Below are positions 18,172-27,650 of a DNA stretch of 64,000 nucleotides, piece after piece. The stretch lies in NCBI GenBank assembly GCA_039586795.1, contig JBDHJS010000003.1:64001-128000 (forward strand). The letters are read 5' to 3'. This DNA is from Gemmatimonadota bacterium. GTDB lineage: Bacteria; Gemmatimonadota; Gemmatimonadetes; Palauibacterales; KS3-K002. Under the pieces are notes generated by a model. That model had not been told where the DNA came from. It worked only from the letters and a program-made list of their open reading frames with translations, and searched no databases. The translations under genes were made by a program, and so were the position numbers. Within the stretch, counting starts at the first letter, position 1. Each line of letters starts with the position of its first letter.

Positions 18172-19212
18172 TTAGACGTCTCGGTCCCCCAACGTCATGT
18201 ACCAGTTCTCCGCGTTCTCTACGGCTGCCTTGCCCCAGAAACCGGCGCCCGCATGGCAGACCGTTGGATGATTTTCGACTCGCTCCCAGAACCCCAGTCG
18301 CCTGAGATCTTCGCTTCGCGGGAAGTGGTTCTGCACCATAACGTCAAGCGCCTGAGATCCAAACTTGTCCGCGAGACGGGCCGCCGCGAGTAACAGCTCC
18401 GGCCCCGCGTTCTCTTCGGGTAAATACGCGAGGTCATGGACTTTCGTTGCCGGGTTCATCAGCCTGAGTACCAGGTAGCCCAACAGAGTCCCGGACGTGT
18501 TACGCGCTTCGAGGATCTTCGCGTTGAAGTCGGGCCGCTCGAAGCATCTCCAGTTCAGATACGCTTCCGTCCTACGGACGATCACCCGATAGCTCTGACC
18601 CAATCTGCGGTCAAGCTCGTCATACTCCGACCCGATGCTATCGACCTCGGCCACTTCTACTCGCCTGCTTCTCACCTGCCGCGCGATGTGACGCGCCCGG
18701 AGCGCGAGATTCGCGACAGGACCGACGACCCGGGCCGCCGCCTTTCCGAACTTTCGCGCTAACAGACCTTGGGCACGCAGTGGGTAGACCCAACGCCTTA
18801 TATCCGACAGCTGCCGGTGGCCCGTCCGCTTGTGAACCGCCAGCATCGCCGGCACCGGATGCGCGTACAGAAACGCATACTCGCCGGCATCCACCGCCTC
18901 CTTCGCCGGCAGCCGCAGCTTCACGGCCGGTCCCAGGGTTCGATGGCCGACTTCGACGCTGAAGTCGCCGCAGTTCAGAGCGCGGCATTCCTTGCCGTCC
19001 ACCCACACTTCGCGCGGATAGCCCGAGGTGAAGCCGACAGAGTCTCCGGACGGCGCCGTCAGAATCCATATCCGGGCCGCGCCTGCCGGGTTCTTGGCAT
19101 ACAGCCACTCGAATCTCTCGCGCTCCGTATCGCCACCGCGAATTCTGCGGTAGAGCTGCATCGCGAGATCGAGGTCCCGGGTTTCCGTCACTTCGTAGGT
19201 CGACGCTTTCAT
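18172..19212 (-). CDS. GNAT/Fem-like acyltransferase
   Basis: Likely ATG 19212 (MKAST); FEWLYAKNP, DFSVEVGHRTLG, RTEAYLNWR, C-terminal W.MTLGDRD. Confidence 0.75.
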   Translation of the reverse strand: MKASTYEVTETRDLDLAMQLYRRIRGGDTERERFEWLYAKNPAGAARIWILTAPSGDSVGFTSGYPREVWVDGKECRALNCGDFSVEVGHRTLGPAVKLRLPAKEAVDAGEYAFLYAHPVPAMLAVHKRTGHRQLSDIRRWVYPLRAQGLLARKFGKAAARVVGPVANLALRARHIARQVRSRRVEVAEVDSIGSEYDELDRRLGQSYRVIVRRTEAYLNWRCFERPDFNAKILEARNTSGTLLGYLVLRLMNPATKVHDLAYLPEENAGPELLLAAARLADKFGSQALDVMVQNHFPRSEDLRRLGFWERVENHPTVCHAGAGFWGKAAVENAENWYMTLGDRDV

Positions 19213-19230
19213 CTGCAAGCGGCCTGCTAT

Positions 19231-19246
19231 TGCAAGAGCCAGGCTC
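19231..19246 (-). promoter_or_regulatory. Sigma54-like promoter for GNAT-ACP-LarA-ligase operon
   Basis: GAGCCTGGCTCTTGCA, 15/16 identical to the site at 36897-36912. Confidence 0.5.
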
Positions 19247-19360
19247 GGGTCGTGGCGTTTCAGTCTGGTCGGACACACCCTGTTGCGGCGCGGGATTCAC
19301 CAGCTAGCCCGGGCCTACCCAGCCTCGGAACCGGCCAGATCAACGGAAAGTGGGCCGAAC

Positions 19361-19378
19361 TGTTGCGTCTCTGCAACG
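19361..19378. promoter_or_regulatory. Upstream activator site between divergent ACP operons
   Basis: TGTTGC-GTCTCT-GCAACG; sigma54-like ACGTACAAACTTTGCA at 19470-19485 (+). Confidence 0.65.
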
Positions 19379-19509
19379 GTCATGACAAGCTGACGCTCGG
19401 TCTGATCCGCATTCCACCCTGAGAACGGCTAGAAAAGAGGCTGCCGGGCCGAGGCGGGGCGACGGCTTCACGTACAAACTTTGCAGATCGGATACCCGCG
19501 TACGGAACC

Positions 19510-21810
19510 GTGGGGTGCCGGACGGACCACGCGTCCGGTGGCAGAGATCGAGAGAAGGTGACCAAGGTGGAAGCCAATACGGCTGATAGACCGGGCGGCG
19601 ACCTGCCCGAGCTGCTTAGAGAGGCGCTGAACGGGAGCGCTGAGACCGCGGATATAGTGGCGGCGCTGACCGTGCTGGCCCCGTCGTCCGCGGCTGCGTG
19701 GCTGACAGAGAATGAAGAGCACGTACGATCCCAATGGGCGGAGGAGGATCTGAAGCGCGTCATCACCCGGGTGGTGACCGAGTGCACGGAGCGGGGCGGG
19801 AACGCGGAGGCCACTTGCGCCGTCGAGTTGGTCGAGCGCTACGGTGACACAATAGACCCGGATACTGCAGCGGCCGTCGTCTCCACGTTGGATACCGAGG
19901 AGCAAGCCGGAGTCGTTTCGAAGATGACCACGGATGCTCTCAATCGCTGGCCGACTCATCAGGGGCTGCTGCGCCTTGCCGTAGATCAAGCCGTGGAGGC
20001 GAATGATGCGGAGCATGCACACGGCTTGCTGACGCGACTCGCCCACGTGGATGACGGCCAAGCCAACCTGAGCTACGTGTGGCGAAAGCGGAAGGTTTTG
20101 CCGAAGGAAGGATCGCCACCGATCCGAATCGCGCTTCTCAGCTCATTCACGATCGATCCCCTGGCGCACTACCTGGACGCTGAGTGCCGGGCGCTCGGTC
20201 TCGAGCCAGAAGTATACGTCGGTCCGTTCAACTCCTGGACACAAGAAGTCCTGAATCCCGAATCCGGGTTGCGCCGCTTCGAGGCGGAGATCGTTTTTCT
20301 ATCCGTCTCGATCGACGACCTGATCCCCGAGCTTGCGGGCTCGCCGTCGATCGAGCAGCTGGACGAACTGGGACGGACGGCAGTGGAACGCGTGATCTCT
20401 GTATCGCGGCAGTTCACCGCCTGGTCGGATGCGATGCTGGTCGTGCATAGCTTCCATTCCGTCTACGCCGATCCCTACGGTATCGCGAAGGGTCGGAGGG
20501 GGCGCGCGGCGTGGTTGGCGGAGCTCAATGCAGCGATGGCCGAAGAGCTGGCTGGACTCCCGCGCGCGTACATGCTCGACGAAGGTGAGCTGCTACTTCG
20601 ACGAACCGACGGCCCGGCTGACAATCCCAAGATGCGGCACATAGCGGCCCTGCGCTTAACCGGCCCCCTGCTCCGGCAGACCGCCCACGCGTACGCTCAT
20701 TACATCGCTCCGTTCAAGGGACTTTCCCGCAAGTGTGTCGTCCTGGACCTGGACAACACGCTCTGGGGCGGGATAATCGGTGAAGACGGTCTGCACGGCA
20801 TCAAGCTAGGCAACACGGCGCCCGGCTCAGAGTATCAGGAGTTTCAGCGTTATCTTCTCTCGTTGACAGAGCGAGGCTTCCTGCTGGCGGTCAACTCGAA
20901 GAACAACCTTGATGACGCGATAGAGGTATTTCGGTCCCACGAGGGTATGGTATTGCGGGAAGATTCGTTCAGCGCGATGCGCATCAACTGGCGGCCAAAA
21001 CCCGAGAACATCCTGGCGATCGCCGAGGAGCTCAACATAGGGGTCGATTCCCTACTCTTCGTCGACGACAACCCGAACGAACGCGAGCTGATGCGGCAGA
21101 TGGCGCCGGACGTCCTGACTGTTGACCTCCCGGACGATCCATCGCTCTACCGATCGACGTTGGAGGCACTACCTCAGCTTCAGAAGCTGGTCGTCACCGA
21201 TGAAGACAAGACGCGCACAGAGCTATACCAGGCGCGGCGCAAACGCGAAGAGGCGAAAGTCGATGCCGGCTCGCTGGAGGATTATCTGAGATCACTCGAC
21301 ATCGTCGTCGAAATCGGACAGGCGAACGAGTCAACGCTGCCGCGCGTGCATCAGATCTTTGAACGGACGAATCAGTTCAACCTAACGACGCGTCGCTACC
21401 AGGCCGGCGAATTGGCGGCATTTGCATCCGACGCGGTTCACCGATTGTACACGCTTCGAGCGAAGGACCGTTTTGGTGATCACGGGATCGTTGCCACGGC
21501 GTTGGTACGTGCGGACGGGGGTTGCTGGGTGATCGACAGCTTCTTGATGAGCTGTCGCGTGATCGGCTACGGTGTGGAGACGGCCCTCCTGTCCAAGGTG
21601 AGCGAAGACGCGGTGGCTTGCGGCGCGCAGGAGCTGGTCGGCGAGTACATCGAGACGGCGAAGAATGCGCCGGCGCGTGACTTCTACGCGAGACATGAGT
21701 TTAGCGAGCTAGGCACGAAAGACGACGTGCAAAGTTGGAAGGCTACACTAGCAGACAAAGCGATGCCGTGCCCGGACTGGGTGCAGGTGGAGGTTGCAGA
21801 TGACGCCTGA
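19510..21810 (+). CDS. FkbH-like HAD-IIIC glyceryl-ACP synthase with N-terminal extension
   Basis: LDLDNTLWGG, NSKN, FVDDNP, TNQFNLT, DRFGDHG, FLMSCRV. The start may instead be GTG 19558 or 19567. Confidence 0.92.
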   Translation: MGCRTDHASGGRDREKVTKVEANTADRPGGDLPELLREALNGSAETADIVAALTVLAPSSAAAWLTENEEHVRSQWAEEDLKRVITRVVTECTERGGNAEATCAVELVERYGDTIDPDTAAAVVSTLDTEEQAGVVSKMTTDALNRWPTHQGLLRLAVDQAVEANDAEHAHGLLTRLAHVDDGQANLSYVWRKRKVLPKEGSPPIRIALLSSFTIDPLAHYLDAECRALGLEPEVYVGPFNSWTQEVLNPESGLRRFEAEIVFLSVSIDDLIPELAGSPSIEQLDELGRTAVERVISVSRQFTAWSDAMLVVHSFHSVYADPYGIAKGRRGRAAWLAELNAAMAEELAGLPRAYMLDEGELLLRRTDGPADNPKMRHIAALRLTGPLLRQTAHAYAHYIAPFKGLSRKCVVLDLDNTLWGGIIGEDGLHGIKLGNTAPGSEYQEFQRYLLSLTERGFLLAVNSKNNLDDAIEVFRSHEGMVLREDSFSAMRINWRPKPENILAIAEELNIGVDSLLFVDDNPNERELMRQMAPDVLTVDLPDDPSLYRSTLEALPQLQKLVVTDEDKTRTELYQARRKREEAKVDAGSLEDYLRSLDIVVEIGQANESTLPRVHQIFERTNQFNLTTRRYQAGELAAFASDAVHRLYTLRAKDRFGDHGIVATALVRADGGCWVIDSFLMSCRVIGYGVETALLSKVSEDAVACGAQELVGEYIETAKNAPARDFYARHEFSELGTKDDVQSWKATLADKAMPCPDWVQVEVADDA

Positions 21811-22027
21811 GGATGTGGTGAGCCGGGTATTCGGTGTATCCCGCAACAAGGTAGACGACGACACTTCCAACACCACGTTGCCCGAGTGGGATTCGATGGG
21901 CCACGTGAACCTCATCATCGAGCTCGAGTCCTCATACGGAGTGTCCTTTTCGCCGGACGATGCCCTGCAGATGACCGACGTGGCAGCCATCAAGCGTGCG
22001 CTGCAAAGCCGAGGAGTGTCTTGGTAG
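21800..22027 (+). CDS. Acyl carrier protein 2 (FkbH partner type)
   Basis: GGAGG then ATG 21800; WDSMGH motif; overlaps the FkbH-like stop. Confidence 0.9.
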   Translation: MTPEDVVSRVFGVSRNKVDDDTSNTTLPEWDSMGHVNLIIELESSYGVSFSPDDALQMTDVAAIKRALQSRGVSW

Positions 22028-23208
22028 CCAACGACACGCGAGCGGCCGATCAGGCGAATAGCGGCGCGTCGACTCAAGTCGTAAAGGTCCAGGATGAACA
22101 CATCGACGTCCTGACCGGGTTTATACGAGAGATTTGGGATTCGAACGCGGACGCTGAGGCCGTACGCAGAGCGCGCAAGGCTGCGGCGGCGCAGAACCCG
22201 GCGGCGGCCGGAGAGCCTCCGCCGACTTTCTTGCTGATATCGTCCGATCGGGCGATCGGACATGTCAGCACCATACCGATCAGGATTTGGGACGGAGAAG
22301 CGCAGCGACCCATTCACTGGGTGAAGGGTCTCATGGTCACTCCGGACCACCGGAACGGACCGGTCGGGTTTCTCCTTCTCAAGGAGGCGGTGCGCGAACT
22401 CGGCGACGGCATGGCCATGGTCGTCGAGCCACCGGCGCGTCGGTTGTTCGAAGCGCTTGGGTATCAGGACGCCGGTGTCTTACCGAATCACATGCGAGTG
22501 CTGAAGCCTGGGCGGTTCCTGAGCCGCATCGATGTTGAAGCGATCGGGCTCGCCGGGCTGCCGTCGTGGACGAACGGCGCCGTTCGTCTTGCGCAGCGAT
22601 CCGGACTCGCACGGTTGCTCGGTATGGCGATCAGTGGAGCCACCGGCGCCTGGACGGCGGTCGCTGGACGGCGGAGCAGCGGACTCCAAAACAAGCCGGT
22701 TCGGCGGATCTCTGAAATCGATTCGTCGGCGATCGATGATCTCTGGGCTCGAGTTCGAAGCCAGCTGCGTGCCGCGGCGGTGCGCGACAGCGCCTACCTC
22801 AACTGGAGATACGACGACAACGCATACCGCCCGGTAGCCGTGTACGCGGAATCCGAGCTGGCCGGGGTCGGGATAGTACGGGCACCGAGTGATGACGGCG
22901 ATCCAAGACTGCGGGGAGTACGCGTGGCCGTGCTGTCCGATCTGCTCTATCCGCCCGACCGACCCGACATTGGGCTCGCCCTGCTGGCCGCCGCGGAGAA
23001 CGCGGGTCGCGAACTGGGGGCCGACGCCTTGCTGATCAGCGTTAGCCATCCGGGCACCCAGAGACTCTTCAAGCGACGTGCATTCCTAAGGATCCCGGGC
23101 AACGTCCACTTCCTCTTCAAAGGCACCCCCGACACTCCGAGCCTGCCTTCGGGCATCGATGAATGGTGGTTGAGTAGGGGGGACAGCAGCGCCGACGAAG
23201 TGTTCTAG
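22021..23208 (+). CDS. GNAT/Fem-like acyltransferase
   Basis: GAGGAG then TTG 22021; LMVTPDHRNG, RDSAYLNWRY, C-terminal WWLSRGDS; same architecture as 18172-19212. Confidence 0.75.
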   Translation: MVANDTRAADQANSGASTQVVKVQDEHIDVLTGFIREIWDSNADAEAVRRARKAAAAQNPAAAGEPPPTFLLISSDRAIGHVSTIPIRIWDGEAQRPIHWVKGLMVTPDHRNGPVGFLLLKEAVRELGDGMAMVVEPPARRLFEALGYQDAGVLPNHMRVLKPGRFLSRIDVEAIGLAGLPSWTNGAVRLAQRSGLARLLGMAISGATGAWTAVAGRRSSGLQNKPVRRISEIDSSAIDDLWARVRSQLRAAAVRDSAYLNWRYDDNAYRPVAVYAESELAGVGIVRAPSDDGDPRLRGVRVAVLSDLLYPPDRPDIGLALLAAAENAGRELGADALLISVSHPGTQRLFKRRAFLRIPGNVHFLFKGTPDTPSLPSGIDEWWLSRGDSSADEVF

Positions 23209-23237
23209 CGAGATTCGCTACCAAGCTAACCCGCATC

Positions 23238-24398
23238 CTATCGGCGCGTCGGCTCCCAGACAGCCTGCCCTTTACCGGTCACGAGCCGGCTCCAGGCGTG
23301 CAGCACCGCGAAGTTCCCACCTGCGAGATAAGCGGGAAGCGCGAACAACAGGGGGACCGACCTGTCCTTCGGCCACGCCATTCCGAGGACCGCAAGCACG
23401 GCACCAACCACGGCTGCCGTGGCTGCGGCCACCGCCCACCAGTAGCTCATCCCGAGCACGACGAGCGCCGAGAGCCCAATGAGAAGCGCCCAAGGCACGA
23501 GCCAACGGCAGAGCTTGTGCGTGAACAGCATCCAGGCGAACCGCCCGTAACGGAATGGGTTGAGCAGACGCCGCTTGAAGAACAGCGTTCGGAGTCCGCG
23601 AGTGATCGTACGAACCTTACGCGAGTATTCGTGGCGTAGCGATAGCGCCCGCGGCACCAAGCACACCGCATCGGTCACCGACACGGAACGGTAGTCGTGC
23701 TCCCGAGCCCTGAGAGCGGCGGTGAAGTCGCGACTGATGCCGCGGGGCAGCTCGTGTCGGTGCAGGTCGGCACGAATCGCGTAGAAGCACCCGGACGCGC
23801 CAACGATCCCGTACACATCGGTCTCGAGATCACGCAACCACATCTCGAACCCAACGTATCCCGATTCGCCCACGTTGGTGGCGCCGTCGACGCGAGCGAC
23901 ACTCACATCGCGGCCCGAGGCGACACCGATCGTAGGATCGGCAAACGTCGCGATCAGTTTCTTCAGAGCATCGGGCTGGATGCGAATGGTCGCATCCGTG
24001 TTCACGATGATGTCACCCGTCAGGTGCTCGAGCGCAGCCGTCTCAGCGGCGTCTTTCCCACCGCGCTCTTCCATACGCAGGAGCTCGACACCGCGATCGG
24101 CGTACTCCTTCACGATCTCGTCGGTCCCATCGGACGATGCGTCCGAGATAACGAGGATTTGACGAAGTTCGGCCGGGTAGTCCAGCGCCAGCAGACTATC
24201 GAGGGTAGCGCGTATCCTGTCAGCTTCGTTGTAGGCCGCCAGCGTGATGCTGATCGATGGCCACTCGCTCGGGGCATCCGCTTCCGATCGCGCGCTTCGA
24301 AAGCTCGCGAATAGCTTTAACAGAAGCGGGTAGCCGATGTAGGTGTAGGTGACGAAGAGAAACGCCACAGCCAGCGTGACCAAGGCGACCTCGCTCAT
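23238..24398 (-). CDS. GT2 glycosyltransferase, membrane-associated
   Basis: AYNEA, SDASSDGT, NTDA, GASGCFYAIR; N- and C-terminal TM segments. Confidence 0.9.
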   Translation of the reverse strand: MSEVALVTLAVAFLFVTYTYIGYPLLLKLFASFRSARSEADAPSEWPSISITLAAYNEADRIRATLDSLLALDYPAELRQILVISDASSDGTDEIVKEYADRGVELLRMEERGGKDAAETAALEHLTGDIIVNTDATIRIQPDALKKLIATFADPTIGVASGRDVSVARVDGATNVGESGYVGFEMWLRDLETDVYGIVGASGCFYAIRADLHRHELPRGISRDFTAALRAREHDYRSVSVTDAVCLVPRALSLRHEYSRKVRTITRGLRTLFFKRRLLNPFRYGRFAWMLFTHKLCRWLVPWALLIGLSALVVLGMSYWWAVAAATAAVVGAVLAVLGMAWPKDRSVPLLFALPAYLAGGNFAVLHAWSRLVTGKGQAVWEPTRR

Positions 24399-25516
24399 CC
24401 CTCAGCACCCCGCCTGGATACCTGTCCGATCCGCAAATAGAGCTCCTCATGTTTCGCGAGCCATGGCTCGACCGCGAACTCCGCCTCTAGACGCGCCCGC
24501 GCGGCAGAGCACCTCCGCTTCGCCTCCTCCGGTTGATCGTGCACCGCGCGGATCGCTTCAGCAAGCGCGTTTGGATCCTCCGGAGGCACCAGGAGCGCCT
24601 CGCTCACCGACACGACATCCGGAACGCCGCCCACGCTCGTGGCGACGATCGGTGCACCGGCAGCCATCGCTTCAAAGACGACCATGGGAGTGCCTTCAGT
24701 GCGCGAGCTGTTGACGAAGCAGTCGAAGCTAGTGAAGAACCGCGACGCCTCGGGCACGGCTCCATGCCAACGAACAGAACCGTCCAGGTTATTCTTGCTC
24801 GAATACTCCCGCAAACGGTCTCGCTCCCGGCCATCACCGACCACCGAAAGCAACGGATTGAGATCCGCTATCCGCGTCAGCGCGTCCAGCATGACGTCCA
24901 GACCTTTTTCCCTCTCCAATCGTCCTACCCAACCCAAGTGAAACATGCCTTCCGGCACATCGAGAAGTCGTCGCGACTCCTGGCGGTCCAGACCCGCCTC
25001 GGCGCCGGTCCATGCGTTGCGGACCACGTGGATGCGGTCACGGCTGACACGTGACCGTACGAGCCCTTCCACCTGAGTTGTCGCTACCGCGACCACGGCA
25101 TCAAACTGGCGAAAGGCTCTTCGCTGCAGCCATTCATAGAAGTGATTCTTCAAGCCGCCGCCCGTGAAACCATGCACGGTAGTAACGGTGGGTATGCCCA
25201 AAGCGCGGGCGGCGCCGGAACTCACAACGTCACAACGGTATCCGTGGGTGTGAACGATATCCGGCTCAATCTGGCGCAACACTCGCGCGACCTCGGAGCG
25301 CTCTTGCAGATAGCGTCGCGACGGCACGATGACGGAATGAACTTCCACGTCCAAATCGCGCAGTGGAGTCAGAAACGGATGGTCCGGTCGCTCCTCATCC
25401 ATCACCGCCACCACCGCCACCCGATGGCCCTGTTCCCGGTGCCCACCGGCCAGCGTCTGGACGACCCGCTCCGCACCCCCGACATCTCCGGGAGCGATAA
25501 TGTGAAGAATCACCAT
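24395..25516 (-). CDS. GT4 glycosyltransferase
   Basis: ATG 25516; GGAE, VGRLEREKG, EGTPMVVFEAMA (EX7E). Confidence 0.92.
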   Translation of the reverse strand: MVILHIIAPGDVGGAERVVQTLAGGHREQGHRVAVVAVMDEERPDHPFLTPLRDLDVEVHSVIVPSRRYLQERSEVARVLRQIEPDIVHTHGYRCDVVSSGAARALGIPTVTTVHGFTGGGLKNHFYEWLQRRAFRQFDAVVAVATTQVEGLVRSRVSRDRIHVVRNAWTGAEAGLDRQESRRLLDVPEGMFHLGWVGRLEREKGLDVMLDALTRIADLNPLLSVVGDGRERDRLREYSSKNNLDGSVRWHGAVPEASRFFTSFDCFVNSSRTEGTPMVVFEAMAAGAPIVATSVGGVPDVVSVSEALLVPPEDPNALAEAIRAVHDQPEEAKRRCSAARARLEAEFAVEPWLAKHEELYLRIGQVSRRGAEG

Positions 25517-25648
25517 AATTCTTATTGCCCCTGGCCTTCCACCTCGAACCGCCGGTAAGCGTAACAATATACATGCCGGGACTGTCGCGACTTTGGGCTC
25601 GATTCTCGACCGGCTCGCCCCAAATTCGAGGGACTCCTCGTGCTAGCG

Positions 25649-25666
25649 TGTTGCATATTCGCAACG
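25649..25666. promoter_or_regulatory. Upstream activator site between divergent operons
   Basis: TGTTGC-ATATTC-GCAACG, flanked by CGGCATGTATATTGTT (25563-25578, -) and CGGTCCCGGTCTTGCA (25774-25789, +). Confidence 0.65.
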
Positions 25667-25875
25667 ACCGATCTACCCTCCGCCTGTCTTAAGAGCGACG
25701 CCTACGAGCTAGCGATGGGGCAGCGCTGTGGGAGCCGCGGATCGAGCGTAGCCATTTGTGGAAGGGACCGCGACGGTCCCGGTCTTGCACCCCCGCGTAG
25801 CCGTTGGACAGGCGCATGCTATTGCCGAAGGGCATTGCCGCCAGAGCTGACCCACGGCCAACCTGATAAAGCTCG

Positions 25876-26781
25876 GTGCAACGAAAGAAGCAGCTCGACA
25901 GGCCCATCATCATCATCGGGTGCAATCGCTCCGGAACGACGCTGATGTTTCGGAACCTGGCCGAGCATCCAGTAACCTGGAGTCTCTACGAAGAGAGCCA
26001 GGAAATTTTCTATCGGCACTACCCGATCGACCCTGAGGTGGGAGACCGCATCGTAGAAGACCCGACGCCGGAGGTTGCGGCGCAGGTGATCGAGGATTTC
26101 TACCGCCAGGCACACAACAAGGAAGCGTTCACCGAGCATCCGTTGCTGCGGCTGGTGCCACGCAAGGCTTTGCAACGGCCGATGAACGTGCTGTACAAGC
26201 GGCCGCCATTGAGGCTGGTCGAGAAGACGCCAGCTAACAGTCTTCGTATCCCGTTTCTGGCGCGTTTGTTTCCAGACGCTCGCTTCATATTCCTGTTGCG
26301 CAGAGCAGAGGACGTCATCAGCTCACTGATGCAGGGGTGGAAACGCTGGTCTCATACGGGTGCGGGCGAGTGGACTTACAATGGCTGGCATTACATCGTG
26401 CCGCCCGGCTGGCGGGATTGGCGGGACCGATCGCTTCAGGAGATTTGCGCTTTTCAATGGATGGAGTCGATTCGGATCGCGTGGGACGATCTAAACGAGC
26501 ATTGTCAGGACAGGTTCCTGCTGGCCCGTCACGAAGAAGCGATATTGGACCCGATCGATACCTACAACAGAATCCTCGAATTCTGCGAGCTGCCGCCATC
26601 TTCCCACTTTGACGCACAACTCGTGAAGGCGGACAAGCGTGTCTTCACTCACGGCGGGACAAAGCCACGCCACGATAAATGGCGAGATCTCCACGAACGC
26701 GAAGTCGAGTCGGTGAGACATCTCTTCCAGCCCCTCATGGATGAGTTCTACCCTCGCGAAGAAACCGAGCGGGACGCGTGA
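25876..26781 (+). CDS. PAPS-dependent sulfotransferase
   Basis: IIGCNRSGTTL (5'-PSB loop), EKTPAN, R...DVISS (3'-PB). Confidence 0.88.
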   Translation: MQRKKQLDRPIIIIGCNRSGTTLMFRNLAEHPVTWSLYEESQEIFYRHYPIDPEVGDRIVEDPTPEVAAQVIEDFYRQAHNKEAFTEHPLLRLVPRKALQRPMNVLYKRPPLRLVEKTPANSLRIPFLARLFPDARFIFLLRRAEDVISSLMQGWKRWSHTGAGEWTYNGWHYIVPPGWRDWRDRSLQEICAFQWMESIRIAWDDLNEHCQDRFLLARHEEAILDPIDTYNRILEFCELPPSSHFDAQLVKADKRVFTHGGTKPRHDKWRDLHEREVESVRHLFQPLMDEFYPREETERDA

Positions 26782-27641
26782 TGGCCGAGCTACACAAGGT
26801 CGATCCGTCGATGTTCGATGCGATCTATCGAGAGTTGTTGTGTGGCCTCGACCCGGCGCGACCCGAGGCGGAGTGGCGTCGCATAGTCGCCTACGAATGG
26901 GATTGCCCCGAGGACTACAGGGGCTTTGTTCTCCTCGACGATGGGCGGCCGGTCGGCTTTCTAGGCCTCATCTTCAGCACGATACCCGTGGGGGAAAGCC
27001 AGGAACGATTCTGTAACGTCACCAGCTGGATCGTCCAGGACTCTCATCGCGGGGAAGCGGCACTCCTCGCCTTCGCGCTCAGAGGTCTGAAGGAGTATAC
27101 GATAACGAACCTGAGTCCAAATGAGGCCGCCCACAAAGTATTCTCTTCCCTGAGATTCAAAGTACTCGAGACCCATACGCGCATTTTGCTCCCGCTGCAC
27201 GTGTTCTCCCGAAGGAGTTGGCGTCCGCGTTGTGCCATTACTGATGACACCGACTCGATAGCTGCGATGCTTGATGACCCGGAGAAGCGCCTTCTCGAGG
27301 ACCATTTGCCGTACGCCCGACATCTCGCGGTTTCTGACGATTCCGGATACTGCTACGTCATCTACACACTTAGGCCGAGACGTGGGATGCCGTCCGCCCG
27401 GTTCCATTTCATGAGCGACCCGGACCTCCTATTCGCGAATCTTTCCAGCGTACAGGCTTTCTTGATGAAGCGAGATCGATCGATGTTCGTCGAGATGGAT
27501 GAGCGTTTTCTCGAAGGGCGAGATGTTCGGGGAGGGTACAAACGGAAGCTCATCTTCCCACGCCTCTTCCGTTCGCCCCGGCTGGACGGCAGCCAGGTGA
27601 CGGATCTCTACTCGGAGCGGATCTTACTCAATCTCGGCTAG
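26778..27641 (+). CDS. GNAT-like hypothetical acyltransferase
   Basis: VGFLG, CNVTSWIVQDSHRG (GNAT motif A-like), TNLSPN; coupled to the sulfotransferase stop. Confidence 0.55.
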   Translation: MMAELHKVDPSMFDAIYRELLCGLDPARPEAEWRRIVAYEWDCPEDYRGFVLLDDGRPVGFLGLIFSTIPVGESQERFCNVTSWIVQDSHRGEAALLAFALRGLKEYTITNLSPNEAAHKVFSSLRFKVLETHTRILLPLHVFSRRSWRPRCAITDDTDSIAAMLDDPEKRLLEDHLPYARHLAVSDDSGYCYVIYTLRPRRGMPSARFHFMSDPDLLFANLSSVQAFLMKRDRSMFVEMDERFLEGRDVRGGYKRKLIFPRLFRSPRLDGSQVTDLYSERILLNLG

Positions 27642-27650
27642 CGTCGACGA

